Notes: generated by a model from the sequence alone, not told the origin. A stretch of DNA of 64,000 nucleotides from Oscillospiraceae bacterium (GCA_022800215.1 JAAWPV010000001.1:45395-109394); one strand, 5' to 3'; positions 1-10,338 are shown, counted from the stretch's first letter. Numbers and translations are program-made.

Positions 1-1464
1 CTCATCAACCAGATGGTGGCCGAGGTGGGCAAGGAGAAGATGACCTACGACCACGCCGCCTTTGACCAGGAGCTTTTCGACAAGATCACCGCCGACTTCA
101 TGGACGAGGCCAAGGCCGCTATGGACACCGACGACAAGAACATCCGGGAAGAGCGCTGGAACGCCATGATCGAGAAGTGGCACGAGAAGTATCTCGAAGA
201 TCATCCCGACATGGACCAGTTCCTGGAGGAGATCACCTATAAGTTCCAGAAGAAGATCGTCAAGCAGTGGCTGCTGGAAGGCCACCGGGTGGACGGCCGG
301 CAGAAGAACGAGATTCGGCCCCTGGGCGCTGAGGTAGGCATTCTGCCCCGGGTCCATGGCTCCGGGCTCTTTACCCGGGGTCAGACCCAGGTCCTCTCCA
401 TCTGTACCCTGAACACCCTGGCCGCCACCCAGAAGATGGATACCATCTGGGAGGAGGAAGAGGTGCGGTATATGCACCACTACAACTTCCCCGCCTACTC
501 CACCGGCGAGGCCCGTGCCTCCCGGTCCACCAACCGCCGGGAGAAGGGCCACGGCGCCCTGGCCCAGCGGGCGTTGGAGCCCGTCATCCCCAGCGTGGAC
601 GAGTTCCCCTACGCCATCCGTGTGGTTTCTGAGGTGCTTTCCTCCAACGGTTCTACCTCCCAGGGCTCCATCTGCGGCTCCACCCTGGCCCTCATGGACG
701 CGGGCGTTCCCATCAAGGCTCCCGTGGCCGGCATTTCCTGCGGCCTCATTCAGGACGATGACGGCGGCTTCACCACCTTCATCGACATCCAGGGCGTGGA
801 GGATTTCCACGGCGAGATGGACTTCAAGGTGGCCGGCACCAAGGCCGGCATCACCGCCATCCAGATGGATATTAAAAACGACGGTTTGAGCCACGCTATC
901 ATCAAGGAAGCGCTGGAGATCACCAAAGACGCCCGGTACGCCATTCTGGACGAGATCATGCTCCCCTGCATTGACCGTCCCCGCCCCGAGCTTTCCAAGT
1001 ACGCCCCCAAGATGATCACCATGAAGATCGACGTGGACAAGATCCGGGAGGTCATCGGCAAGGGCGGCAGCGTCATCCAGAAGATCACCGCCGACTCGGG
1101 TGCCCAGGTGGACATCGACGAGGACGGCACCATCCATATCGCTTCCCCCGACGCGGAGAAGTGCGACGTAGCCAAGAAGATGATCGAGACCATCGTCTTT
1201 GTCCCCGAGGTGGGTAGTCTCTACTACGGCAAGGTGGTTCGCATCATGCCCTTCGGCGCCTTCGTGGAGCTGGCCCCCGGCAAGGACGGCATGGTCCACA
1301 TCTCCAAGCTCTCCGAGCGCCGGGTGGAGAAGGTGGAGGATGTGGTGAACATCGGCGACATGATCTGGGTGAAGGTCACCGAGATCGACGAGAAGGGCCG
1401 TGTGAACCTCTCCTACAAGGACGCTCTCCGGGAGCTGGAGAATAACCCGGGTCTGAAGAAGTAA
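1..1464 (+). CDS. pnp: Polyribonucleotide nucleotidyltransferase, 5'-truncated by window edge
   Basis: RNase PH motifs (RVDGR, HGSGLFTRGQTQ, SNGSTSQGSIC, GEMDFKVAGT), KH (VIGKGG) and S1 (FGAFVEL..GKDGMVHIS) domains; frame open from base 1. Confidence 0.97.
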   Translation, partial: LINQMVAEVGKEKMTYDHAAFDQELFDKITADFMDEAKAAMDTDDKNIREERWNAMIEKWHEKYLEDHPDMDQFLEEITYKFQKKIVKQWLLEGHRVDGRQKNEIRPLGAEVGILPRVHGSGLFTRGQTQVLSICTLNTLAATQKMDTIWEEEEVRYMHHYNFPAYSTGEARASRSTNRREKGHGALAQRALEPVIPSVDEFPYAIRVVSEVLSSNGSTSQGSICGSTLALMDAGVPIKAPVAGISCGLIQDDDGGFTTFIDIQGVEDFHGEMDFKVAGTKAGITAIQMDIKNDGLSHAIIKEALEITKDARYAILDEIMLPCIDRPRPELSKYAPKMITMKIDVDKIREVIGKGGSVIQKITADSGAQVDIDEDGTIHIASPDAEKCDVAKKMIETIVFVPEVGSLYYGKVVRIMPFGAFVELAPGKDGMVHISKLSERRVEKVEDVVNIGDMIWVKVTEIDEKGRVNLSYKDALRELENNPGLKK

Positions 1465-1475
1465 AAAATCAAATC

Positions 1476-1512
1476 AAAGAGCGGGGGAGCGTAACGCTCT
1501 CCCGCTCTTTTT
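1476..1512 (+). terminator. Intrinsic terminator after pnp
   Basis: aaagagcgggggagcg-taa-cgctctcccgctcttt hairpin followed by T run. Confidence 0.85.
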
Positions 1513-1551
1513 GAAAGGTTTTGCCAACCTAAGGATACGCTTTCAGGAGGA

Positions 1552-2574
1552 ATGGGTTTGAATTATCACGTTCTCAGCAAATACCGTACCGAGCTGATGG
1601 GCGCCGCCATCTTTTGGGTGATGCTGTTTCACTCCTTCGATTTGAACCTGGGCTTTGGGTTTCTGAACTGGCTCCGGGATGTGGGGTTTGGCGGGGTGGA
1701 TATTTTCATCCTTCTGTCCGCCGTGGGACTGGTCTCCTCCCTCTCTAAGCGGGAACAGCGCTGCGCCGACTTTATGGCCCGGCGTGCCGGCCGGGTCCTT
1801 CCCGCTTACTATCTGGTGATGGTACCCTATACGGTCTTCCTCATTCTTTGCCGGGGTGTGCCCTGGAGTACGCTGGCCTGGAACGCCTCGCTGCTCTATT
1901 ACTGGGTGCAGCCTGCGGGCGCTTTCAACTGGTATGTGGCCGGTATCATGGCTTTTTATTTGGTCACCCCGTTTTGCTTTCGGTGCCTTCAGCGCAGCAA
2001 GCACCGGAATTTGTTGGGCGCGGCGGGCGTTTTGGCCGGGATGGCGGTCAGCGGAGGACTGCTTCGGGCGGATATCTGGTATGCTCTGGATGTGACCTGC
2101 CGCATCCCGATTTTCTTCCTGGGGCTGACAGTGGGCTTTTATGTGGTGGAGGAACGGAAGCTGGGCCTTCGGGACCTGCTGTTCTGGAGCGGCTGGCTGG
2201 GGCTGGCGCTTGTCTACCGGGCAGTGCGCACCGTGCCTGAGTTGAGGCCCTTCTTCCCCCTGGACCGGATGTTCCTTTTTGTCCCCGTGCCCCTGTGCCT
2301 TGCGGCCTGCTGGTGCTTTGAGCACTTGCCTTTGGGCTGGCTGCGGCGGGTGCTCCGCCTACTGGGTACGTACAGCCTGGAAATTTACCTTTTGAATGTC
2401 AGCCTGTTTTCCGAAGTGGGATTGCTGCGCGGCCTGGTGTCCTTCGGGCCCAGCAACCGGCTCTACTACCTTGTTTCCTATACGGCGAACGTGGCCCTGG
2501 CCGTCCTTGTTCATAAAGTGGTGGACGGGCTGAGGAAACTTTGGAAGCAATGCAGGGACCGGAAGACGGTGTAA
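1552..2574 (+). CDS. Acyltransferase family 3 (OafA-like) membrane protein
   Basis: Multi-TM; R.ELMG.AI..V..FH, GVDIF..LS..GL, RR..RV.PAY motifs; RBS caggagg. Confidence 0.85.
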   Translation: MGLNYHVLSKYRTELMGAAIFWVMLFHSFDLNLGFGFLNWLRDVGFGGVDIFILLSAVGLVSSLSKREQRCADFMARRAGRVLPAYYLVMVPYTVFLILCRGVPWSTLAWNASLLYYWVQPAGAFNWYVAGIMAFYLVTPFCFRCLQRSKHRNLLGAAGVLAGMAVSGGLLRADIWYALDVTCRIPIFFLGLTVGFYVVEERKLGLRDLLFWSGWLGLALVYRAVRTVPELRPFFPLDRMFLFVPVPLCLAACWCFEHLPLGWLRRVLRLLGTYSLEIYLLNVSLFSEVGLLRGLVSFGPSNRLYYLVSYTANVALAVLVHKVVDGLRKLWKQCRDRKTV

Positions 2575-2614
2575 GCCTCTCCGGCTCGATCAAGCATGAA
2601 AGGAAGCGCAATTT

Positions 2615-3979
2615 GTGGAACAAAGACAGAAACGTACCGGCTCCGTCAGCGATATGACCCAGGGAGAGCCGGTGCGGCTCATCCTGGCCTTCGCCATCCC
2701 CCTTTTTGTCGGCAACATCTTCCAGCAGATCTACAGCATGGTGGACACCATGGTGGCGGGCTATTTCCTGGGGGATAATGCCATCGCCGCCATCGGCGCC
2801 ACCTCGTCCCTATACTTTCTGCTTTTGAACCTGGCCATCGGCATGAACAACGGCTATGCCATCGTGGTGACCCAGGCCTTCGGCGCCCACGATGAAAAGC
2901 GGCTCCGTCAGTCCATTGCGGGTATGATGGTCTTAAACGCTGCCGTCACCGTCATGGTGACGGTGGTGTCCCTCGCATTTCTCCGGCCCCTTATGTACTT
3001 CATGAACACCCCGGAGAGCATCTTTACCGACGCCTACCGCTACATCTGGGTCATCTGCGCCGGGATGCTGGCCACCATCGCCTACAATATGTTCGCCGGC
3101 ATCATGCGGGCCATGGGCAACAGCCGCACCCCCCTCTATTTCCTCATCTTCTCCAGCGCCCTCAACATCGCACTGGACCTTCTCATGGTGGTGACCTTCC
3201 AAATGGGCGTGGCGGGGGCCGCCGTGGCTACTGTGCTGGCCCAGGCCATCTCCGCCCTTTTGAGCGGCCTTTATGTCATGAGGCATTACCGGGATGTGTT
3301 TCCCACCTGGGCGGATTTCAAGGTGTCCGGGGGCATTCTCACCGACCTTCTCACCACGGGCATTGCCATGGCCCTTATGCTCTGCGTGGTGGATCTGGGC
3401 TCGGTGATCTACCAGCGGGCCAACAATGAGCTGGGGGAGACCATCATTGCCGCCCATACCGCCGTCCGGCGGCTCTTCAGCCTCACCAGCCAGCCTCTGG
3501 GCGGCATCGCCACCTCGGTGTCCACCTTTGTGGGCCAGAACTGGGGGGCCGGGCAGCCCCAGCGCATCCGCTACGCCCTCAAGAGGGCCATCTGGATGGA
3601 GCTTGTCTGGTGCGCCTTCATTGCCGTGGTCATTTTCGCTTTCGGGGAGGGCCTGGTCCGCTTGACCACCGGAAGCTCTGACCCGGTGGTCCTGTCCAAC
3701 GCCGTCATGGGCCTTCGCATCAACGTGAGCTGCTACGCCTTCCTGGGCATCCTCTTCTGCCTGCGGACCAGTATGCAGGCCATGGGGCAGAAGGCGGCTC
3801 CCATCATCTCCAGCGTGGTGGAGCTTGCCATCAAGCTGGCCTCCGCCCAGTGGGTCATCCCCCGGTTGGGCTATCTGGGCACCTGCCTCACCGAGCCCTT
3901 TGCCTGGATCGCCATGATGCTTTGGCTGACCCTGGCTTACTGGAACCAGCGGAAGAAGCTGCTGACGGAGGAAATATAA
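2615..3979 (+). CDS. MATE family efflux transporter
   Basis: FAIPLFVGNIFQQIYSMVDT and RAMGNSRTPL MATE motifs, about 12 TM; start could be the ATG at 2654. Confidence 0.9.
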   Translation: MEQRQKRTGSVSDMTQGEPVRLILAFAIPLFVGNIFQQIYSMVDTMVAGYFLGDNAIAAIGATSSLYFLLLNLAIGMNNGYAIVVTQAFGAHDEKRLRQSIAGMMVLNAAVTVMVTVVSLAFLRPLMYFMNTPESIFTDAYRYIWVICAGMLATIAYNMFAGIMRAMGNSRTPLYFLIFSSALNIALDLLMVVTFQMGVAGAAVATVLAQAISALLSGLYVMRHYRDVFPTWADFKVSGGILTDLLTTGIAMALMLCVVDLGSVIYQRANNELGETIIAAHTAVRRLFSLTSQPLGGIATSVSTFVGQNWGAGQPQRIRYALKRAIWMELVWCAFIAVVIFAFGEGLVRLTTGSSDPVVLSNAVMGLRINVSCYAFLGILFCLRTSMQAMGQKAAPIISSVVELAIKLASAQWVIPRLGYLGTCLTEPFAWIAMMLWLTLAYWNQRKKLLTEEI

Positions 3980-3991
3980 ACCATAACAGAG

Positions 3992-4022
3992 GGGAGGGAC
4001 GCACCGCGTCCCTCCCTTGTTC
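3992..4022 (+). terminator. Probable intrinsic terminator
   Basis: gggagggacgc-acc-gcgtccctccc hairpin then ttgtt. Confidence 0.6.
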
Positions 4023-4079
4023 TGTCCCCGAATCTGTGCTACAATAGAAATACACATCCCCAGAAAGGAGGACGCTGTC

Positions 4080-6728
4080 ATGGATAAGCTCACCGTGGGT
4101 CTTCTGGCCCATGTGGATGCGGGCAAAACTACCCTCAGTGAGGCCCTGCTCTATGCGGGCGGCGCCCTCCGGAAGCTGGGCCGGGTGGACCACGCCGACG
4201 CCTTTCTGGACACCGACGCCCAGGAGCGGGAACGGGGCATCACCATCTTTTCCAAGCAGGCCGTCCTGCCTTTGGAGGGCCTGGAGCTGACCCTACTGGA
4301 CACCCCCGGCCACGTGGACTTCTCCGCCGAGGCGGAGCGCACCTTGGCCGTCCTGGACTGCGCCATTCTGGTCATCTCCGGTCCCGACGGCCCCCAGGGC
4401 CACACCCTGACCCTCTGGAAGCTGCTGGAGCGCCATGGGGTGCCCACCTTCCTTTTCCTCAATAAAATGGACCAGCCTGTGGACCGGGGGGAGCTCATGA
4501 ACAAGCTCCGCCGGGGCCTTTCCGACGCTATCCTGGACCTTTCCGCCTATGGGCAGCAGGACTTCTGGGAAGCTGCCGCCCTGGGGGACGAGGAGGCCCT
4601 GGAGGAGTATATGGGGACAAACGCCCTCTCCGACGACACTCTCCGCCGGCTCATCGCCGCCCGGAGGCTTTTCCCCTGCCTCTTTGGCTCCGCTTTGAAG
4701 CTGGAGGGGGTGGACGGGCTGCTGGACGCCCTCTCCCGGTTCGCTCCCCGGCCCCAATGGGGGCCGGACTTCGCCGCCCGGGTCTATAAGATCACCCGGG
4801 ACCCTCAGGGGGCCCGGCTCACCCATCTCAAGGTCACCGGAGGGGCATTGAAGGTCAAATCGGTGCTTCCCGGCCTGGGGGAGAAGGCGGACCAGCTCCG
4901 CGTCTATTCGGGGACGAAATTTATTACCCCCGAGGAGGTCCCGGCGGGCACCCTCTGCGCCGTCACCGGCCTTACCTCCACCTATCCCGGTCAGGCCCTG
5001 GGGGCGGAAGGAGCCTGGGCGCCGCCTTTGCTGGAGCCCGCCTTGGCCTATCAGCTCCTGCTGCCCGAAGGGGCCGACCCCCACGCCGTCCTTCCCAGAC
5101 TGCGGCAGCTCAGCGAGGAGGACCCTCAGCTTCATCTTTCCTGGAACGAGGCCCTGGGCACCATCCACCTGCGACTCATGGGTGAGGTCCAGGCGGAGAT
5201 TTTGAAGCGGGTCATCCTGGACCGCTTTGGCCTGGAAGTGGAGTTCGGCCCCGGCGATGTGGTCTACGCCGAGACCATTGCGGGCGCGGTGGAGGGGGTG
5301 GGCCACTATGAGCCCCTCCGCCACTATGCCGAGGTCCACATCCTTCTGGAGCCACTGCCTCCCGGCAGCGGCGTCCAGTGCGCCACCGCCTGTCCCGAGG
5401 ACGATTTGGCGGGCTCTTGGCAGCGGCTCATTTTGACCCACCTCATGGAGCGCGCCCACCCCGGGGTCCTCACCGGCTCCCCCCTCACCGACGTGCGGCT
5501 GACCCTTGTTTCCGGGGCGGCCAGCGTGAAGCACACCGAGGGGGGCGACTTCCGCCAGGCCACCTACCGGGCGGTGCGCCAGGGCCTCCGCAAAGCCCAA
5601 AGCGTCCTCTTGGAGCCCTGGTATGACTTCCGGCTGGAACTTCCCACCCCCAGTCTGGGCCGGGCCCTTTCCGACCTCCAGCGCATGGAGGCCGAAACCC
5701 AGCCGCCCCAGACCATCGGGGAGGAGACGGTGCTGGAGGGCTCCGGCCCCGTGTCCCGGCTCCGGGACTACGCTGCCGAGGTGGCCGCCTACACCCGGGG
5801 CCTGGGCCGTCTCACCTGTACCCCCGGCCCCTACCGGCCCTGCCCTGACCAGACGGCCATTGTGGAGGGGCTGGGCTACGACCCGGAGGCGGACACCGAG
5901 AATCCCACCGGGTCTGTATTCTGTGCCCACGGGGCGGGCTACTTTGTCCCCTGGGACCAGGTGGACCGGACCGCCCACCTCCCCCTTCTGGACCTGTCCG
6001 GCCCCCCAAAGGAGCCCATTTCTCCCCCCGCGCCCACACCTGCCCGCCGGACCACGGTGTCGGGGAGCATCGAGGAGGACAAGGAGCTCCGCTCCATTTT
6101 TGAAAAGACCTACGGGGCCATCAAACCCCGCGCCTTCCAGCCGCCTCCCAAGCCCCGCCGCACCGAGCTGAAGCTCTCCCCCAAGACCCAGCAGGCCCTT
6201 CGGGAGAGCGCCCCCAAGGGTCCCGAGTACCTGTTGGTGGACGGCTACAACATGATCTTCGCCTGGGAGGAGCTTCAGGCCATGGCCCGGGAGAACCTGG
6301 AGGGGGCCCGGAAGGCCCTTATGGACCTTCTCAGCAACTACCAGGGCTACCGCAAGAACCGGGTCATTCTGGTCTTTGACGCCTACAAAGTGCCCCAGGG
6401 CGCCGGCTCGGTGACAAAGTACCACAACATTCATGTGGTCTACACCAAGGAGGCCGAGACTGCCGACAGCTACATCGAGAAGGCCTCCTACCAGCTTTCC
6501 AGGGACAAGAGCAACCGGGTCCGGGTGGCCACTTCCGACGCCGCTGAGCAGTTCATTATTCTGGGCCACGGGGCCTTGCGGATGTCCACCCAGGAGCTTC
6601 GGGGCGAGGTGGAGCAGGTGAACGGCGAGATCGCCGCCCTTTTGAAAAAGAACAATATGCCCCTTCCGCGGGGGACGGTGAAGGCCGCCTTCCGGAAGGC
6701 AGAACAGAAAAAGGACAGCGCCGAATGA
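4080..6728 (+). CDS. TetM/EF-G-like translational GTPase fused to C-terminal NYN (YacP/Rae1-like) RNase domain
   Basis: G1 AHVDAGKTT, RGITI, DTPGH, NKMD; C-terminal LLVDGYNMI, VFDA, ETADSYIE, VATSD; RBS aaggagg before ATG 4080. Confidence 0.88.
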   Translation: MDKLTVGLLAHVDAGKTTLSEALLYAGGALRKLGRVDHADAFLDTDAQERERGITIFSKQAVLPLEGLELTLLDTPGHVDFSAEAERTLAVLDCAILVISGPDGPQGHTLTLWKLLERHGVPTFLFLNKMDQPVDRGELMNKLRRGLSDAILDLSAYGQQDFWEAAALGDEEALEEYMGTNALSDDTLRRLIAARRLFPCLFGSALKLEGVDGLLDALSRFAPRPQWGPDFAARVYKITRDPQGARLTHLKVTGGALKVKSVLPGLGEKADQLRVYSGTKFITPEEVPAGTLCAVTGLTSTYPGQALGAEGAWAPPLLEPALAYQLLLPEGADPHAVLPRLRQLSEEDPQLHLSWNEALGTIHLRLMGEVQAEILKRVILDRFGLEVEFGPGDVVYAETIAGAVEGVGHYEPLRHYAEVHILLEPLPPGSGVQCATACPEDDLAGSWQRLILTHLMERAHPGVLTGSPLTDVRLTLVSGAASVKHTEGGDFRQATYRAVRQGLRKAQSVLLEPWYDFRLELPTPSLGRALSDLQRMEAETQPPQTIGEETVLEGSGPVSRLRDYAAEVAAYTRGLGRLTCTPGPYRPCPDQTAIVEGLGYDPEADTENPTGSVFCAHGAGYFVPWDQVDRTAHLPLLDLSGPPKEPISPPAPTPARRTTVSGSIEEDKELRSIFEKTYGAIKPRAFQPPPKPRRTELKLSPKTQQALRESAPKGPEYLLVDGYNMIFAWEELQAMARENLEGARKALMDLLSNYQGYRKNRVILVFDAYKVPQGAGSVTKYHNIHVVYTKEAETADSYIEKASYQLSRDKSNRVRVATSDAAEQFIILGHGALRMSTQELRGEVEQVNGEIAALLKKNNMPLPRGTVKAAFRKAEQKKDSAE

Positions 6729-6750
6729 TTCGGCGCTGTCCTTTTTCTGT
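6704..6750. terminator. Bidirectional terminator with the stop codon as loop
   Basis: Perfect 22-bp IR acagaaaaaggacagcgccgaa-TGA-ttcggcgctgtcctttttctgt between convergent genes. Confidence 0.85.
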
Positions 6751-6790
6751 CCCTTAAAAATATCTGTTTACAAAGAGTTTACAAATTAGT

Positions 6791-6826
6791 TGTACGGAAA
6801 CGTCCCACGGAGGGGGGTGAAACGAC
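6791..6826 (+). repeat. 36-bp oriented intergenic motif, copy 1
   Basis: tgtacggaaacgtcccacggaggggggtgaaacgac; related copies at 24538, 38143(-) and 53698. Confidence 0.75.
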
Positions 6827-6847
6827 CATGGTTAGAAGGACCTTTTG

Positions 6848-9196
6848 TCACTGACGGAGGATCGTCGTGGACACAAAGGTGGATCCGCTCCAGCTTCCGT
6901 AGACGGTGACGCTGTCCCCGGCTTTCAGGCTGCTGATGGTCACCGTCTTTCCGCCGCTGCCCAGGTCCACCACCGAACCCACGTCCTTCAGATCCACAAA
7001 CACCGGCGCGCTGTTGCCCGCGGTGAGCAGGTAAAGGGACCGGTTGGAGCCGGTGGGGGTGATGTCGTAGATGGTGCCGGTGAGCTGTTCACTGGAGACG
7101 GCGGCGGACACGATCTCGATGGAGATGATCTCCCCACCGCTGGTGACCAGGGCCACCGAATCGCCGTAATTGAGGTTGCCCACGTTGGAGGACTTTCCGT
7201 TCTGGGTCACCGAGACGCTGTCGGTGACGGAGTAGGGAATGGTGGAGCCGTCGTCGAAGGTGATCTCGATGGTCCGGCCTGTAGCGCCCACGCTGATGCC
7301 GGTGATCCTGCCCTGGAGGTCGGCAGTCTGGGGAGTGGCCTCAATTTTGTTGACCTCGTTGTAGCGCAGGGTGATGACCAGATTGTCTCCCCGGCGCAGA
7401 TCGGCCACAGAGCAGCTCTTGCCGTTCCGGGTGATGGTGGGGGGGTCCTTGATGTCCAGGTCATAGCTGAGGATGCCGCCGGTGGGCTCGGTGATCTGGA
7501 CGGTGGTGGTGGCGGCGTAGGTGATATCGGTGAGGGTACCCTCCACCGCTGTGGTGCCCGGGAAGGCGTCCATTTGAATGATCATGTTGCCTGAGAGAAT
7601 GGCGGTGACATACCAACCGGTTTCGATCTGGGATATGGTCTTCTCGCCGCCGTTGTAGGTGATGGGGGCGGAGGAGCTGACGGTGACAGTGGTGTCCTTG
7701 CCGGTGAAGATATCGCCGATGGTGACGCTCTTGGCGGTGCCCACGGTGCCCATCCGGCGAATGGGGCCCTGGACATACTGGTAAGCGGTGTTCACCGACA
7801 CGCTCACCGCCTGATCGGTCTCAGTGTCCACCCGGAGCTGGACCAAACAGCCCACATGGGCAGTGGTGAGCCGGCCCAGCACACCGTCCACCAGGACGGC
7901 AGTGCCCGCGGGGATGGTGTAGCGGTACACGATGCCGTTGTGGGCGGCCACCTGGAGGATGATGTCATCCCCGGCGGCAGTGACGCTCTTCACAAGGCCC
8001 TGGGCCTGCTCGGTGCCGCCGTTGAAGCGTACCCCGGCCAGATGGCCGGCACCGTCCACATAGCAGACGGCGGTGGTGTACTGGGCGTCCTCGTCAATGA
8101 CGGTCCGGTCTCCCACAGCCTTGCCGGCGGCCACGGTGGTGAACCGGTCGATGGTCACGGTGCGGCTCACGCCGTTCACCGACAGGGTGAGCTGGTCGTC
8201 TGCCAGCTCGGTGACATTGCCCATGAAGGCGCTGACGATACCGCAGAGGCGGGCCTCGGTGACGGCGCCCTTGCTGTCAAAGCTCAGGCGCACATACTGG
8301 CCGTTTTTCAGGGCGGTGGAGGAGGTGAGCATGTTGTGCTCATAGATGCTTGTGGAGGCGGGAAGAGAATAGGACTGAAGGGAATCGGCTACCTCGTTGT
8401 GGAGGGTGAGGACCGTGCTGCCGTCCACCCCGAAGGTCACGTTGGTGACAGTGCCCGCCTGCCAGTCAAAGTCGGTATATTCGGAAAGCTGGGTGACGAT
8501 GCCTGCGTCGTCCATGAAGTCCAGGGCCCGGCAAAGCATGGTGGTCATGGCCGCCCGGGTCACAAAGCTCTTGGGGTTAAAATTGCCCAGTTCGTCCCCC
8601 TGAACGATGCCGAAGTTGGTCAATACAAAGACGTAGGGCTGGAGGGCGGGGGAAATTTCGTCCTTGTCGGGGAAGGTGAGGGGGTAGGTGGTCAGCTCAT
8701 CCACCAGGGGCTCCAGCTGCATGGCCCGAACCAGATACATACAAAGGTTTTCCCGGGTGATGGTCCGCATGAGGGAGCCGGAATCGGACAACGCCTCCAG
8801 CTCAGCCAGGGAGAGGACCCCGGCCTCCACGCCCACCGCCAGCTCCTTGGCAGGCCGAGAGGCCCAGGAGGCCATGCCGTCGGGCAGGATCTGGGTCACG
8901 ATGTCCTCCCAATCTTTGGCCACCTTCTCCTGGGTGGCCTTGTCCACCCCGGTAGCCCGGGCGCAGAAGAGAAGGGCCTCCACCGCCGTCATGTTGCCGT
9001 CGGGCTTGAAAGAGCCGTCGTCATAGCCGTTGGCGTAGCCCAGATCGGACATGCGGGTGATATAGTCATAGGCCCAGTGTTTGCTTCCGTCGGCCTTTAC
9101 CAAATCGGTAAAGGCGGCGGCGTGGGCGGGGACCGCCGTCAAAGACAAAGTGAGCGCTGTTGACAGACACAGCGCGGCCAGGCGTTTCAGTTTCAT
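6848..9196 (-). CDS. Secreted S-layer homology (SLH) domain protein with beta-rich repeats
   Basis: Signal peptide (…VPAHA), SLH motifs HWAY..I, GYDDGSFKPD, F.PKSFVTRA; RBS ggaggga before ATG 9196. Confidence 0.85.
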   Translation of the reverse strand: MKLKRLAALCLSTALTLSLTAVPAHAAAFTDLVKADGSKHWAYDYITRMSDLGYANGYDDGSFKPDGNMTAVEALLFCARATGVDKATQEKVAKDWEDIVTQILPDGMASWASRPAKELAVGVEAGVLSLAELEALSDSGSLMRTITRENLCMYLVRAMQLEPLVDELTTYPLTFPDKDEISPALQPYVFVLTNFGIVQGDELGNFNPKSFVTRAAMTTMLCRALDFMDDAGIVTQLSEYTDFDWQAGTVTNVTFGVDGSTVLTLHNEVADSLQSYSLPASTSIYEHNMLTSSTALKNGQYVRLSFDSKGAVTEARLCGIVSAFMGNVTELADDQLTLSVNGVSRTVTIDRFTTVAAGKAVGDRTVIDEDAQYTTAVCYVDGAGHLAGVRFNGGTEQAQGLVKSVTAAGDDIILQVAAHNGIVYRYTIPAGTAVLVDGVLGRLTTAHVGCLVQLRVDTETDQAVSVSVNTAYQYVQGPIRRMGTVGTAKSVTIGDIFTGKDTTVTVSSSAPITYNGGEKTISQIETGWYVTAILSGNMIIQMDAFPGTTAVEGTLTDITYAATTTVQITEPTGGILSYDLDIKDPPTITRNGKSCSVADLRRGDNLVITLRYNEVNKIEATPQTADLQGRITGISVGATGRTIEITFDDGSTIPYSVTDSVSVTQNGKSSNVGNLNYGDSVALVTSGGEIISIEIVSAAVSSEQLTGTIYDITPTGSNRSLYLLTAGNSAPVFVDLKDVGSVVDLGSGGKTVTISSLKAGDSVTVYGSWSGSTFVSTTILRQ

Positions 9197-9333
9197 ATCT
9201 GTCCCTCCAAAAATCATTTGAAAAGTGATGGAAATTCTAACTAAATCCGGTATGCCCATTATATCCCTTTGCTTTTAGAAAAGCAATTCTTTCTACAAAG
9301 TTTACATAATGTTCCAAATTTCGGCTTGCCGGG

Positions 9334-10338
9334 TCAAATGAGCTGACTGCGCTTGATTCGGATATCCTCTCCGTAGAACCGCAGCGCCCGGTATTCTCCC
9401 TCCAGCCGGGAGGCGGTCTGTCCGTTGTAGCGGGCCCGGACTCCGTCCATGGAAAGGTTGGTGGAGATCACTGTGGCTTTCTCCCGGGTGAGCCGGGTGT
9501 TTACCAGAGTGTAAAGAGCGGACTGGACAAAGGGGGTGGTCATTTCGCTGCCCAGGTCGTCCAGGATCAGCAGGTCACAGTTTAAGTACCGGCGGGTCTC
9601 CTGCTGGGCCTCTCTACCTTCTTGGACGTCTCTGGAAAATTTTTGTTCCTCAAACTGGGCAAAAAGATTGACCGCCGTGTCATAGACCACCGAGAAGCCG
9701 TTTTCCGCCACCGTTTTTGCGATGCAGGCGGAGAGGAAGGTCTTGCCCAGCCCCGGGTCTCCGGTAAAAAGCAGATTGGGGTAGTAGAACCGGCCGAACT
9801 TCTGGGCGTAGTTGAGGCACAGCTCGTAGATAAACTCCATGTTCTCCTTGGGGGAGACGGACTCTCCCGCATAAGGCAAGGGGGAGTACCAGTCCAGGGA
9901 AAAGGCGTCAAAGGACTGCTCTCCCAGGTCCAGCAGCTTGGAAAGCTCCTTTACCTGTTCCTGGGCGCAGAGGGCCTTGAGGCAGTCGCACATCTGAGCC
10001 CCCACCCAGCCAGTGTCCTTACATTTTTTGCATCCGGGCACGTCGTCCAAAGCGTCGGGGGAATAGCCGGCCTGCTGCAAAAGCTGAGCCTGGCGAACCT
10101 GCAGGTCCATGTTCTTATCCTTGATGACCTTGAGAGCGGGGCCGGGGTCGCTTCCTTTCCGGAGGCAGGCAGTAATAATGTCGGCTACGGTGCCCCGGAG
10201 CTGCCGGTCGATGTCAGAAAGCTCCGGAATCTGGGCGTAGAGCTTTTTTTTGAGCGCTTCGGTCCGCTCCTCACGGGCGGTCCGTTCCTCCTCCAGCCGC
10301 CGGGTGGCCCGGCGGAGGACGGCGGCATCATATCCCAT
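9334..10338 (-). CDS. DnaC/IstB-like AAA+ ATPase (helicase-loader-like)
   Basis: Zn motif CKKC..GW..CDC, Walker A GDPGLGKT, Walker B LLILDDLG, ISTNL. Confidence 0.88.
   Translation of the reverse strand: MGYDAAVLRRATRRLEEERTAREERTEALKKKLYAQIPELSDIDRQLRGTVADIITACLRKGSDPGPALKVIKDKNMDLQVRQAQLLQQAGYSPDALDDVPGCKKCKDTGWVGAQMCDCLKALCAQEQVKELSKLLDLGEQSFDAFSLDWYSPLPYAGESVSPKENMEFIYELCLNYAQKFGRFYYPNLLFTGDPGLGKTFLSACIAKTVAENGFSVVYDTAVNLFAQFEEQKFSRDVQEGREAQQETRRYLNCDLLILDDLGSEMTTPFVQSALYTLVNTRLTREKATVISTNLSMDGVRARYNGQTASRLEGEYRALRFYGEDIRIKRSQLI

Noticed and set aside
4293-6569. Long antisense or alternative-frame ORFs (also 7856-9163, 12287-13900, 17273-19522, 35719-38079, 41515-43167 and others)
   Set aside because: Shadow ORFs of high-GC3 genes; no recognisable domains and they overlap well-supported CDSs
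4080-6728. Tetracycline resistance gene
   Set aside because: Lacks the TetM/TetO domain IV loop, carries a NYN fusion, has host-like codons and no mobile context
6791-6826. CRISPR repeat (36 bp containing GAAAC)
   Set aside because: Copies are single and many kb apart, with no spacers or cas genes
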